From Nitrospinaceae bacterium (lineage in GTDB: Bacteria; Nitrospinota; Nitrospinia; Nitrospinales; VA-1): a stretch of 60,034 bases of DNA. The stretch spans positions 1 to 60,034 of the forward strand of contig JAJDBG010000043.1 in NCBI GenBank assembly GCA_029261475.1. The letters run 5' to 3'. The first letter of the stretch is position 1. Every line of letters starts with the position of its first letter. Position numbers and translations under genes: made by a program. Positions 20,207-30,796 of this stretch are shown in pieces. The notes under the pieces were generated by a model. That model ran no database searches. It worked only from the letters and a program-made list of their open reading frames with translations, and was not told the origin of the DNA.

Positions 20207-21439
20207 ATGAATCTCTTTGATATCATCGTTGTTGGCGGTGGGCCTGCAGGCTCGGCGACGGCAATTTTACTTGCGCTGAAGGGATACCGTGTTGCTTTGC
20301 TGGATCGGGCGAAATTTCCGCGCGATAAGGTTTGCGGCGAATTTATCAGTCCCGGTGCAGACGCTATTCTAGCTGAGCTGGGAGTGTTGGATCGGGTGGA
20401 GTTGGCTTGCAAATCGCGTCTCATGGGGGTTGCTGTCTCGGCCTACGAGGCAGAGGGATTTTGTGCAGATTATCCTCCCTTGGCTGGCAAGTCGATGACG
20501 AGTCTTTCAGTGACGAGATTGGAGTTCGATCATACCCTTTGGCAGAGAGCGGGTGAAGTTGGGGTAGAGTGTTTTGAGGGGTTTCAAGTTGCGGATCTTG
20601 AATTTGAGGCCGGTCGTGTGGTTGGGGTTTCGGGTTGGGATGCGTCTAGAGTTCCTTTCCAGTTCAGAGCGCGGGCTGTGGTGGATGCAGGCGGGCGCAA
20701 TGCTGTTTCCTTACGCCGATTGGGACTCAAGAAATCGAGGCGTTCGGGTGGAAGGCTTGCATTGGCGGCGCATTGGGAAGGTGTCGTTGGTCATATTTCT
20801 CATTGCCATATGCACATCAGTTCTCCGGGATATACTGGCTTGGCTGAGGTGGGGCCGGGCAAGGTCAATATCGTTCTAGTGGTCAGTCCTGATGATCTGC
20901 GGGGCATGGAGCCTCATAAATTCTACGAAGAAAGTGTTCTTAAGAATCCGTTAAGAGCCGAATTGCTAGGCTCTGCCAGACCGAGTGAAAAGGTGAGAAG
21001 TGTGGACTCGCTGGCATTTTCTGTTCGTCCTCCCTCTTGTGGTGGTTTGTTATTGGTTGGGGACGCAACAGGTTTCATTGATCCCTTTACGGGTGAGGGG
21101 ATTTTCCTTTCTTTGCGGAGCGCGCAAATTGCCTGCGAAACTTTAGAAAATGCGTTTGAATTGGGGGATTTTTCACTTCATGCTCTAGGCGGCTACGAAC
21201 GTAAGCGACGTAAGGAGAATGAGAAGAAATTTCGATTGAGTCGCCTGTTGCAGATGATCCTTTACCGTCCGGCTTTATGTAAAAGGGTGACTCGTACGTT
21301 GTCTGAAAATCCCGATTTGTCAGCCCGTCTGGTGGGCGTTATCGGAGATTATTGTGATCCAGATGAACTTGTTTCTGTCGAATTTTTATGGAGCCTGGTG
21401 CTGGGTGCATTGGGGCAAAGGCGGGTAACGGCAATATAG
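20207..21439 (+). CDS. FAD-dependent oxidoreductase, geranylgeranyl-reductase family
   Basis: IVVGGGPAGS, FPRDKVCGEFISP, DAGGRN, LVGDATGFIDPFTGEGI. Confidence 0.88.
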   Translation: MNLFDIIVVGGGPAGSATAILLALKGYRVALLDRAKFPRDKVCGEFISPGADAILAELGVLDRVELACKSRLMGVAVSAYEAEGFCADYPPLAGKSMTSLSVTRLEFDHTLWQRAGEVGVECFEGFQVADLEFEAGRVVGVSGWDASRVPFQFRARAVVDAGGRNAVSLRRLGLKKSRRSGGRLALAAHWEGVVGHISHCHMHISSPGYTGLAEVGPGKVNIVLVVSPDDLRGMEPHKFYEESVLKNPLRAELLGSARPSEKVRSVDSLAFSVRPPSCGGLLLVGDATGFIDPFTGEGIFLSLRSAQIACETLENAFELGDFSLHALGGYERKRRKENEKKFRLSRLLQMILYRPALCKRVTRTLSENPDLSARLVGVIGDYCDPDELVSVEFLWSLVLGALGQRRVTAI

Positions 21440-21450
21440 AATTTTTCAAA

Positions 21451-23331
21451 ATGCGAGTTTCTTTGAATCCAGTTTGGATTATCGGTTCCCTTTTATTGTT
21501 GGGAGGGATTTTGAGATGGCCGACTCTGGTCAGCCCCCTTGCTGGGGACGAGGCTCTTACATTTTCGCGTTACGGTCATTTGCCGTGGAATGAATTACTG
21601 TTTGTCTACAGAGATCCCAATCAACATGTTTTGTTCAGTCTGCTCTCCAATTTCAGCATGGCAGTATTTGGAGAGAATGAAATTGCGTTTCGCGCCCCTT
21701 CCTTTCTCGCTGGCATCTTCGGTCCTGTCGCACTCTATTTTTTAGCTCGACGTTTGTTTGAATCAATCGCAGTCGCATTGCTTGGAGCTGTCCTGTTTTC
21801 CCTTGCTGGCCCTAGTATCGAATATTCGCAATTGGGTCGAGGATACGCTTTGACGATGTGTCTGGCTCCTGTTTTTATCCTTTGTTGTTTGGATTCGTTT
21901 GATTTTTTTTCCAAGCAAACTCTGCTGTTTCTTGTTGTTGGATTCGCCCTTGTTTTAGCTTTGCCTAGCAATGCTTTATTTTTATTTGGTGTCGGAGTCT
22001 GGGTGGCGATAAGAAGTGTTTCCAGCATTAAAAAATATAGTGGGATGTCTTGGGAAACATTGAGACCGACGGTGCTTGCGTGGGGTGCCTTGGCATCATT
22101 TGTAGGGGTTTATTTTTACTACATTCGCGAAGGACTCATGCAAGGCGCGCAACGTTATTCTTCTGATCCATTTGATCTTGCTAGATGGATCGACGTAGCG
22201 GAAATGCTGGTTAGCCCTTGGGGATCATTTCTTTATTTTTTAGTTTTGATAGCTTGTGTGTTGCTGAGAAGGCAAACTCTTTTGTTCGTTTGTATATTTC
22301 TGGGTCCCCTTATGTTGACTCTGGTCATGGGGATTGGAGGTTATTCCAGAACCTATTTATTTTGGCTTCCTTTTATTCTCTTGCTGATTTCTGTTGCTGT
22401 GATTTTTATGATACAGCGTTTGATTGAGATAAACAGGGGCGCAGGGTTTACTGGTATTTTGTTTCTGGTCATTGCTTTGATCGTACCAGTCGGACAATTT
22501 CTTCCCGGACATTTTCAGAAACGAGCCGAAGTCTCAGCGGGAACAATGGCAGAGACACGCGAGATGGCGGCTTATGTTCAGCAGAGTATTTCAACAGAAG
22601 CTTTGATTGTTCTTGTTGCAGACACACCGCAGGGTGGTTTGATAGGTACGCATTTAAAAGGCAAGGTTGAGCGAGGGATGCAGAGCATATCGGCCGGTAC
22701 CTTGCCCACAGAAATTTATTTTGTGGGGCATCGAAATGCGATGCCGGATCGAAAACCCATCGGCGATTATTATAAGGACAGGTCGATTGCTTTGCCTTCC
22801 CATAGTCTTAAGATTATGAAGACGGTTGGCAATTTGGTTTTATGTCAATTCAATGTGACTGTGAGCCGGTTCATACCGACTCGCTTTGATCCCGACAATC
22901 GAGATGCCTTGTCACCTTTTAAAACACCTGGGCTTTTGATGGAAAGAACACAGAAGATAAAGGTTTTTGGCGAGGATGCCTTGTTGTTCCGAAAAGAGGG
23001 GAATGAAACTTTACTGGTTGAATCACGCAAGAAAATTGGAGTCGCTATTGAGAAAGAGGGGAATTATCTTCTGCAAGTCTATAGCCGCAATTATGGCCAA
23101 CGGTCGCGAATGTTGATGTCCGAAAAACCACTTGCAGAGTGGCCCTCAGAATCGGGCTACCTCAATCCCTATTTCGGTGCATTTCGCGCAGGAGAAAAAT
23201 TGTGGCAGTTGGTGATGGTCTTAACCCCGGTCGCCGCCGGAAGCCAAGCGTTTCGACCGGTATTCCATCTCGACGACAAGGAAAGTTATTTCGATGCCTG
23301 GCAAACCTTTTGGCTACGCCCCTCTATTTGA
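21451..23331 (+). CDS. GT-C (ArnT/PMT-like, GT39/83) membrane glycosyltransferase with a C-terminal soluble domain
   Basis: LR..L..PLAGDE, PNQHVLF, GENEIAFRAPS, YSQLGRGYAL, many TM helices. Confidence 0.75.
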   Translation: MRVSLNPVWIIGSLLLLGGILRWPTLVSPLAGDEALTFSRYGHLPWNELLFVYRDPNQHVLFSLLSNFSMAVFGENEIAFRAPSFLAGIFGPVALYFLARRLFESIAVALLGAVLFSLAGPSIEYSQLGRGYALTMCLAPVFILCCLDSFDFFSKQTLLFLVVGFALVLALPSNALFLFGVGVWVAIRSVSSIKKYSGMSWETLRPTVLAWGALASFVGVYFYYIREGLMQGAQRYSSDPFDLARWIDVAEMLVSPWGSFLYFLVLIACVLLRRQTLLFVCIFLGPLMLTLVMGIGGYSRTYLFWLPFILLLISVAVIFMIQRLIEINRGAGFTGILFLVIALIVPVGQFLPGHFQKRAEVSAGTMAETREMAAYVQQSISTEALIVLVADTPQGGLIGTHLKGKVERGMQSISAGTLPTEIYFVGHRNAMPDRKPIGDYYKDRSIALPSHSLKIMKTVGNLVLCQFNVTVSRFIPTRFDPDNRDALSPFKTPGLLMERTQKIKVFGEDALLFRKEGNETLLVESRKKIGVAIEKEGNYLLQVYSRNYGQRSRMLMSEKPLAEWPSESGYLNPYFGAFRAGEKLWQLVMVLTPVAAGSQAFRPVFHLDDKESYFDAWQTFWLRPSI

Positions 23332-23351
23332 AAATGGGGCTAAAATACGCC

Positions 23352-23411
23352 AAGGGGAGAATCAACGGTATTCATTGATTCTGTCGTCGAGACGCACGAA
23401 TCCCCCTTTTT
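23352..23411. terminator. Branched hairpin between convergent genes, possible bidirectional terminator
   Basis: Outer AAGGGG/CCCCTT stem enclosing GAATCAA/TTGATTC and CGTC/GACG, followed by a T-run. Confidence 0.35.
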
Positions 23412-23418
23412 AGCGGTA

Positions 23419-24885
23419 TTACAGGAATTCGCTGTGGGGAAGGGTAGATGTTCCCATCAGGTATTGATCGACACCACGTGCGGCTTCCCGGCCTTCGGCA
23501 ATGGCCCAGACGACGAGTGATTGTCCGCGTGACATGTCACCTGCGACGAACACGCCTTCAACGCTGGTCATTTTATTTTTGTCACAAGCAACATTTTGGC
23601 GAGCATCGAGTTTGACATCAATTTCCTTTATCATTCCCTCGTGGATGGGATGAACAAATCCCATAGCGAGTAGAACCAGGTCCACATCCAGTTCAAATTG
23701 CGAGTTGGGGATTTCCTCCATTGAGGGGCGGCCCGATGCATCGGGTGCTCCGAAACGGATGCGTACAGCTTGAATTTTTTTCAACTTGCCATTTTCGCCG
23801 ATGAATTTTTTTGTGGATACGCAGTAATCAGTGATCTCTCGCCGAGCTTCTTCGTGTGACGTTGTGACTCTAAAAACCTTAGGCCACTGCGGCCAAGGGT
23901 TGTTCTCGCCACGCTCTTCCGGGGGTTGTGGGAGCAGTTCAAATTGACGCACGGATTTAGCCTTTTGCCGTAAAGATGTGCCGAGGCAGTCGGACCCGGT
24001 ATCACCACCGCCGATGATGAGTACATTTTTACCCTTGGCGGTTATGGCTATGTCCTCGGGTATGACATCACCTTCATTGCGCTTGTTTTGTTGTGGAAGG
24101 AATTCCATCGCGAAATGAACGCCGTCCAATTCTCGTCCTTCGATTGGCAAATCACGCGGTTTTTGCGATCCTCCGCACAACACGATGGCATCGTGTTTTT
24201 TGCGCAAGTCTGCAATCGTAATATCGACACCGATGTTGACACCGGTTTTGAATTGAATTCCTTCTTCTTCCATCAAGTTTATTCTGCGTTTGACGATTTT
24301 TTTATCCAGCTTAAAATGAGGGATTCCATACATCAGGAGTCCGCCTACACGATCGTCTTTTTCGTAGACAACGACAGAGTGCCCAACGCTATTGAGTTGT
24401 GCGGCGCAAGCAAGGCCTGCAGGGCCAGACCCGACAACGGCGATGCTTTTTCCTGTTCGTTTGGTAGGTGGACAGGGGGCGATGAATCCTTTTTTGAAGC
24501 CCTTGTCAGAAATCTTTTTTTCAATTTTGCAAATGGTCACAGGCGGTTCGGAGATACCGAGTACGCAAGAGCCTTCGCAGGGTGCAGGGCAAATTCTTCC
24601 AGTAAATTCAGGGAAATTATTGGTTTTGGAGAGAAGTTCGACTGCTTCTTCCCACCGACCCCGATAGACCATGTCGTTCCAGTCAGGAATCAGATTTCCC
24701 AAGGGACAACCTGAATTACTTTGACAGAACGGGACTCCGCAGTCCATGCAACGGGCACCTTGCTGACGAAACTTGTCTTCGGGGAACGGCTCGTAAACTT
24801 CTTTGTGGTCTTTGAGACGCTTATTAATATCTCTGTGAGCGGGGGTCTCCCGATCAAATTCTAAGAATCCTTTAATTGCACCCAT
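23419..24885 (-). CDS. gltD: Glutamate synthase small subunit
   Basis: ARCMDCGVPFC..GCP, TNNFPEFTGRICPAPCEGSC, GSGPAGL, IGGGDTGSDC, RGQSLVVWAI. Confidence 0.96.
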   Translation of the reverse strand: MGAIKGFLEFDRETPAHRDINKRLKDHKEVYEPFPEDKFRQQGARCMDCGVPFCQSNSGCPLGNLIPDWNDMVYRGRWEEAVELLSKTNNFPEFTGRICPAPCEGSCVLGISEPPVTICKIEKKISDKGFKKGFIAPCPPTKRTGKSIAVVGSGPAGLACAAQLNSVGHSVVVYEKDDRVGGLLMYGIPHFKLDKKIVKRRINLMEEEGIQFKTGVNIGVDITIADLRKKHDAIVLCGGSQKPRDLPIEGRELDGVHFAMEFLPQQNKRNEGDVIPEDIAITAKGKNVLIIGGGDTGSDCLGTSLRQKAKSVRQFELLPQPPEERGENNPWPQWPKVFRVTTSHEEARREITDYCVSTKKFIGENGKLKKIQAVRIRFGAPDASGRPSMEEIPNSQFELDVDLVLLAMGFVHPIHEGMIKEIDVKLDARQNVACDKNKMTSVEGVFVAGDMSRGQSLVVWAIAEGREAARGVDQYLMGTSTLPHSEFL

Positions 24886-24929
24886 ATATATAGTTCTTTC
24901 TAAGTCTGATTAGTTTTGTATAGAGTTAC

Positions 24930-27900
24930 TCACGCTACATCTTCAAGCATAGATTGGTCCAGATTTTTTTTCCGTTCCTCAATCACGCGTCGGTAATCCC
25001 TGGGATAAACTTTGATGAATTGAGGCAATGCTGTTTTCCAGTTTTTCAGGATATTTTTTGCGACGCTACTTTTAGTTGCTTGTTGATGATCTTTGAGTAG
25101 AGTTTTTAGTCGAACGATATCTTCATCTTCTTCGACTGGGAAAAGGTCAACAAGACCCTTGTTGCAGTTGACTTCAAATTTATTGTCAGGGTCATAAATG
25201 TAGGCGATACCTCCACTCATCCCGGCGGCAAAGTTTCTTCCCGTAGGGCCGAGTATGACAGCCACACCACCGGTCATGTATTCGCAACCGTGGTCGCCAA
25301 CACCCTCTACAACGGCTCGTGCCCCACTGTTTCTCACACAAAAACGTTCCCCTGCAATGCCTCGGAAGAATGCCGAACCGGAAACAGCTCCATACAAGAC
25401 AACGTTACCAACGATAATGTTTTCTTCGGGAACGAGAGGCGACTCTGGTGCGGGATAGATGGCTATTTTCCCGCCAGAAAGACCTTTGCCGACATAATCA
25501 TTGGCATCACCAGACAAGTTGAAGGTGACACCGGGAGCTAAAAATCCGCCGAAACTTTGTCCCGCAGATCCTTTGAAATTAACAATGATGGTATTGGGTG
25601 CCAATCCTTTTTCCCCAACACGGGTGGAGATTTCGTAACTGAGCATGGCCCCGACGGTTCGATCTGTATTCTTGATGGGATAGTCGAGGCAGACTTCAAA
25701 TCGATTTTGCTTATGGATTAAAGCTTGTTCGCTGTCTTTTATGAGTTGATAGTCGAGCGCGCCATCCATGTCGCCGCTAAGGTCCTGTTTGGTGACGTTG
25801 CGAATGGCAACACCTTCTTTGACTTTGGGTTGATAGAGAAGCTTGGAAACATCTAACCCCCCAGCCTTCCAATGACCGACGGCTTTATCTGCTGTGAGTA
25901 GGTCGACACGTCCAATGAGATCACTGAACTTTCGTACGCCCATTTCTGCCATGATTTCGCGTACTTCCATGGCTATGAAATTGAAGAAATTAACGACGTA
26001 TTCCGCTTTGCCGCTGAATTTTTTTCGTAGCTTTGGATCTTGCGTTGCAATGCCAACAGAACAGGTGTTTAAATGGCATTTACGCATGAGGATGCAACCT
26101 AGTGTGACCAATGCGGTAGTAGAAAATCCGAATTCATCAGCACCCAAGAGTGCACCAATCACCACGTCGCGACCGGTCTTTAATTGCCCGTCCACTTGAA
26201 CGCGGATACGACCACGCAAATCGTTTAGAACGAGAATCTGTTGCGTTTCCGACAAGCCCAATTCCCAAGGGAGTCCTGCATGTTTGATAGAGGTTTGTGG
26301 CGAGGCACCTGTACCGCCATCGTGTCCCGCGATCAAAACGCCTTCTGCATGGGCTTTGGATACGCCCGCAGCGATGGTGCCGACTCCAGCTTCGGCAACA
26401 AGTTTCACACTAACGTCAGCTTTAGGGTTGGCGTTGTGTAGATCGAATATCAATTGTTGCAGATCTTCGATTGAATAAATATCGTGATGTGGTGGTGGTG
26501 AAATCAAGGTAACGCCGGGCGTCGAGTTTCTCAACTGAGCGATGTACTCGGAAACTTTGTGCCCCGGTAATTGACCACCTTCTCCGGGCTTGGCTCCTTG
26601 AGAAACCTTGATCTGTAATTCGTCTGCATTGGCGAGATAGAAACTATTGACCCCAAATCGACCGGATGCAACTTGCTTGATTTTGCTCCTTCGCAAATCA
26701 CCATTCGCATCAGGTGTGAAGCGTACGGGGTCTTCTCCGCCTTCTCCAGTATTACTTTTCCCGCCAATTCTGTTCATGGCAATGGCGATGGTCTCATGAG
26801 TTTCACGGGATATGGAACCAATGGACATTGCGCCAGTGCAAAATCGTTTCGTGATATCTTCGACAGATTCAACCTCTTCAATAGGAATGGAATTCCCTTT
26901 TTTAATCTGTAGCAGTCCACGCAGAGTGCATTGTTTCGCGCTCTCTTCGTTGGAATGTTTTGAGAATTTTTTGAAGATCGAATAATCGTTGGAACGCGTT
27001 GAATGCTGGAGCAGGGCGATAGCATTGGGATTGAGCATGTGCTTTTCTTCACCACGTCGCCAATGGTAATTTCCTCCAGCATTCAAAAGAGAATCTGGTT
27101 TTCCTTGTGCCCAGGCTCGTTGCAAACGGGTTAGTGTTTCTTTTGCGATGATATCCAGTCCGGCACCGCTGACTCGGGAGGTTGTGCCTGTAAAGAATCG
27201 GTCGATGACATCGTCATTCAATCCTACCGCTTCAAAAATTTGCGCGCCCCGATAACTTTGTATGGTTGATATGCCCATCTTTGCGATGATTTTAAACAGA
27301 CCTTTACGAGTGGATAGAATGAAGTTTTCTAACGCTTTTTGGGGGTCTATTTTTTTTACATATAATCCATCTTTAGCAATGTCGAGTGCTGTCTCAAAGG
27401 CGAGGTAAGGACAAACAGCTCCCGCTCCATATCCGATGAGCAGGGCAAAGTGCATCATTTCCCGGGCTTCTCCTGTTTCAACCACGATGCCAGCTTGGGT
27501 ACGGGTTTGCTCACGGAGTAAATGGTGATGCACGGCACCTGTTGCCAGAAGACTGGGAATGGGCGCATTTTTTTCGTCCATATCCTTGTCCGATAAAATC
27601 AGAATCGTTGCTCCGTCGCGTATAGCGTCAGAGGCTTGGGTGCACAATCTCTCTATTCCTTTTTCCAGTCCTTCAACGCCTTCGCTTGAGTTGAAAGTCA
27701 TGGACAGTTGAACCGATTTGATCTTCGGACGGTCCAGTGAACGGATTTTTTCCATCTCCTGGAGGGAGAGTACGGGATGCTTTATTTTGAGTTTCGCGCA
27801 GTGAAGGGCAGACTCGGTCAATAAATTTTCCTCAGCTCCCAAGGTCGATTCCATTGACATGACCAATTCCTCGCGAATGGAGTCGATAGCAGGATTGGTG

Positions 27901-29471
27901 ACTTGGGCGAAGAGTTGCTTGAAATAGTTGAAAAGGAGTTGTGGCTTTTCCGACAAAATTGCTAAGGGGGTGTCATTACCCATCGACCCGGTAGCTTCGC
28001 CACCTGAACTGATCATGGGACTGAGGACGATTTTGATATCCTCTGCCGTGTAGCCAAATGCGAGTTGTTTTTGCAGCAAATTGTCAGAGGCTTTAGTCAA
28101 TTCACCGCCACAGTCCGGCACATTTTCGAGATTGAGCTGGTTTTCCTTCAACCAAGTCCCATACGGACTTTTTGTAATGATGCTTTCCTTCAATTCCTCA
28201 TCGGCGATGATTCGTCCCTGTGAGATATCAACCAGAAACATTTTCCCCGGCTGAAGGCGGCCTTTATGAATGATGTTAGCTTCATCAATGGGCAATACGC
28301 CGACTTCTGAAGACATGACGACCAGATCGTCGCTGGTGACGATATAACGCGAGGGACGCAGGCCGTTACGGTCGAGTATGGCTCCGATCACTTTTCCATC
28401 AGTGAAAGCGACGGAAGCGGGACCATCCCAAGGCTCCATCATAGAGGCGTGAAATTCGTAGAACTGCCGTTTGAGATCACTCATAGACTCGTGCCCGCTC
28501 CATGGCTCCGGGATCATCATCATTACAGCGTGTGGCAGAGAGCGACCCGTCATAGTCAGTAATTCAAGGGTTTGATCGAAATCGGCCGAGTCACTTCCAC
28601 CCTGCGCGATGGCGGGAAGAATTTTTTCAATTTTTTCGAAATAGGGTGACTCGAACATTGCCGAGCGAGCCTGTATCCAGTTTTTGTTGCCTCGAACGGT
28701 GTTGATTTCCCCATTATGAGCGATAAAACGAAAGGGTTGTGCTCTTCCCCAAGAGGGGAAAGTATTGGTGCTGTAACGAGAGTGGGCCACAGCTATAGCC
28801 GATTCAAAATCGGGATCCGTAATATCATGAAAATAGCTTTCCACCTGCTGAGCCATGAGCTGACCTTTGTACACAAAGGTCTGGCTGGAGAGGCTTGGCA
28901 CATAAAAACTGTCGTTGTCGTTGTTGAAACCTGCTTTGCGGATCGCGTTAGCTGTTAGTTTACGGATGGTATACAGCTTGCGTTCAAGATCAACGGTTTC
29001 TTTGATATTGTCGGGGGCAGTGATGAATACATGGCGGATATCTGGCTCTACATTGCGCGCTGTTTCGCCAATGGTCGAGTTATCGACGGGAGGAATACGC
29101 CAGCCCATCAGGTTCAAGCCCTCGTCTTTGATGATTTGATCCATTAGCGCAAAACATTTATCCGTGTTCTCGTTTTTGCGGACGAATACCAAGCCTGTTC
29201 CGTACCTTCCTTTGGCAGGAAGCTCCCAACCCAGTTTTTGGCATTCTTTTTTGAAAAATTTGTGCGGGATTTGAACTAAAATTCCGGCACCATCGCCCGT
29301 CAAAGGGTCGGAACCACAGGCCCCTCGGTGTTCCAATTTCTTCAATATTTCAAGACCCTGAAGAACAATTTCGTGGGATTCTTTCCCCTTCATGTGCGCG
29401 ACAAAGCCTACGCCACAATTTTCATGTTCAAATTCAGGATCGTATAGTCCTTGCTTTTCTGGATAGCCCAT
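24930..29471 (-). CDS. gltB: Glutamate synthase large subunit
   Basis: [64 protein letters not shown]-terminal domain. Confidence 0.98.
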   Translation of the reverse strand: MGYPEKQGLYDPEFEHENCGVGFVAHMKGKESHEIVLQGLEILKKLEHRGACGSDPLTGDGAGILVQIPHKFFKKECQKLGWELPAKGRYGTGLVFVRKNENTDKCFALMDQIIKDEGLNLMGWRIPPVDNSTIGETARNVEPDIRHVFITAPDNIKETVDLERKLYTIRKLTANAIRKAGFNNDNDSFYVPSLSSQTFVYKGQLMAQQVESYFHDITDPDFESAIAVAHSRYSTNTFPSWGRAQPFRFIAHNGEINTVRGNKNWIQARSAMFESPYFEKIEKILPAIAQGGSDSADFDQTLELLTMTGRSLPHAVMMMIPEPWSGHESMSDLKRQFYEFHASMMEPWDGPASVAFTDGKVIGAILDRNGLRPSRYIVTSDDLVVMSSEVGVLPIDEANIIHKGRLQPGKMFLVDISQGRIIADEELKESIITKSPYGTWLKENQLNLENVPDCGGELTKASDNLLQKQLAFGYTAEDIKIVLSPMISSGGEATGSMGNDTPLAILSEKPQLLFNYFKQLFAQVTNPAIDSIREELVMSMESTLGAEENLLTESALHCAKLKIKHPVLSLQEMEKIRSLDRPKIKSVQLSMTFNSSEGVEGLEKGIERLCTQASDAIRDGATILILSDKDMDEKNAPIPSLLATGAVHHHLLREQTRTQAGIVVETGEAREMMHFALLIGYGAGAVCPYLAFETALDIAKDGLYVKKIDPQKALENFILSTRKGLFKIIAKMGISTIQSYRGAQIFEAVGLNDDVIDRFFTGTTSRVSGAGLDIIAKETLTRLQRAWAQGKPDSLLNAGGNYHWRRGEEKHMLNPNAIALLQHSTRSNDYSIFKKFSKHSNEESAKQCTLRGLLQIKKGNSIPIEEVESVEDITKRFCTGAMSIGSISRETHETIAIAMNRIGGKSNTGEGGEDPVRFTPDANGDLRRSKIKQVASGRFGVNSFYLANADELQIKVSQGAKPGEGGQLPGHKVSEYIAQLRNSTPGVTLISPPPHHDIYSIEDLQQLIFDLHNANPKADVSVKLVAEAGVGTIAAGVSKAHAEGVLIAGHDGGTGASPQTSIKHAGLPWELGLSETQQILVLNDLRGRIRVQVDGQLKTGRDVVIGALLGADEFGFSTTALVTLGCILMRKCHLNTCSVGIATQDPKLRKKFSGKAEYVVNFFNFIAMEVREIMAEMGVRKFSDLIGRVDLLTADKAVGHWKAGGLDVSKLLYQPKVKEGVAIRNVTKQDLSGDMDGALDYQLIKDSEQALIHKQNRFEVCLDYPIKNTDRTVGAMLSYEISTRVGEKGLAPNTIIVNFKGSAGQSFGGFLAPGVTFNLSGDANDYVGKGLSGGKIAIYPAPESPLVPEENIIVGNVVLYGAVSGSAFFRGIAGERFCVRNSGARAVVEGVGDHGCEYMTGGVAVILGPTGRNFAAGMSGGIAYIYDPDNKFEVNCNKGLVDLFPVEEDEDIVRLKTLLKDHQQATKSSVAKNILKNWKTALPQFIKVYPRDYRRVIEERKKNLDQSMLEDVA

Positions 29472-29551
29472 AATTTCAATCTATTTCAATAAAAAAACGG
29501 TTATTATATTCACTGAGTGACGATCATCTGCATTCAGGAAGAGGTTGACTT

Positions 29552-29583
29552 GCAAATGTAGTACCATTTGCTAAGTTATTCAA
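29552..29583 (-). promoter_or_regulatory. Candidate gltBD promoter overlapped by a palindrome
   Basis: Minus strand TTGAAT-17 bp-TACATT; the GCAAATG-N6-CATTTGC palindrome (29552-29571) covers the -10 box. Confidence 0.45.
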
Positions 29584-29766
29584 TATATTAAACAACTCCA
29601 CTTTCCCATTTTCAGAAGTGTGTTGTTATTATACTCAATTTTATGTCTATTGTGTGTTTTTTGCGTGTTTGTGTGGTCATGTGAAAGTGCGTGATTTTAT
29701 CATTGTTTGTGGAAAGGTTCATGATTCTTTTTTCCTGTAGTGATACAATGAATTTATACTATATGG

Positions 29767-29786
29767 GGCATTTCATTTGAAATGCC
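29767..29786. promoter_or_regulatory. Perfect inverted repeat, candidate operator
   Basis: GGCATTTCA-TT-TGAAATGCC in the divergent gltB/CBS intergenic region. Confidence 0.4.
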
Positions 29787-30104
29787 TTATTTTTTTAGAT
29801 TTTTGGTAAGTCTGAAGAAAGATTATTTTACTACAATGTTTGTCTGAGTATTGAGAAAATTTCAGATTCCAGAATCTCAGGGTTCCTGAAATGGTAAAGG
29901 TGATAGGACTGCTTAAACGACTGTGCTGAGTATATATATCCAGTCTTTGAGTTATCCTGCCATGAAACAGGAAGTTTGTGGATCATAGTGAAGCTAGTGA
30001 ATAGTTTGTTTGAGATCAGTATTTTTAAAAAGGATTCTATAATCATAGCAGGGAAATGGCCTATTGCTGTGAGAAAATGGATCATTATTTGAGGGAGTTG
30101 ACGC

Positions 30105-30746
30105 ATGATTGTTGAAGAGATTATGACCATTGATCTGGTTACCATAAAGGAAAGCGATTCTTTGCGTAGAGCGCAGGAGCTGATGGTGGAGAAGTCAATT
30201 CGCCATCTACCTGTTGTAAATAAAAAAAAGCTCTTGGGTATCATCACCGAGAGCGATATACGTGGTGCTTTTGTTTTTAATGACAGCCCTAAGGAAGGGA
30301 AACTGGTTAACTTTGATCCTTCAAAAATGCCTGTTAAGGATTACATGACCCGCGATCCTTTGACGGTTACACCTGATACGAATATTGAAGATGCGGCTCT
30401 TGTTATTTATAGAAATAAAATTGGCGGTTTGCCAGTTGTTCAGAACGGGAAGCTGGAAGGAGTCGTTACTATTCTTGATATGTTGGGCTTATTTATAGAC
30501 ATGATGAGTCTACTAGAGAGCAGTTCTCGAATAGATGTTTTGGTCGACAAGAACCAGAAATCGATTGATAAGGTCACTGGTATCATCACAGGGCACGGTT
30601 TAGAAATTATTTCTACAGGAATAGAGCCTTACGAAGATGACCCTAAAAAGCAAGTCTGTTGCTTCAGAATGGACTTATGCGAAACCGCAAGAGTTGTGAA
30701 AGATATAGAAAAAGCGGGCTTTAAAGTATTGGATGCTATTGACTGA
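30105..30746 (+). CDS. CBS-pair + ACT-like protein (AcuB-like)
   Basis: VEEIMT, IRHLPVV..LLGIITESDI, VKDYMTRDP, KIGGLPVV; C-terminal ACT-like region. Confidence 0.85.
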   Translation: MIVEEIMTIDLVTIKESDSLRRAQELMVEKSIRHLPVVNKKKLLGIITESDIRGAFVFNDSPKEGKLVNFDPSKMPVKDYMTRDPLTVTPDTNIEDAALVIYRNKIGGLPVVQNGKLEGVVTILDMLGLFIDMMSLLESSSRIDVLVDKNQKSIDKVTGIITGHGLEIISTGIEPYEDDPKKQVCCFRMDLCETARVVKDIEKAGFKVLDAID

Positions 30747-30796
30747 GCCGAAATTTTGAAGCTCTTATATCCGGTTCATAGCCGGGCAGGCATTCT

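Noticed and set aside
29831-30247. 138-aa minus-strand ORF in the gltB upstream region
   Set aside because: It overlaps the CBS gene antisense and has no recognisable motif; likely spurious
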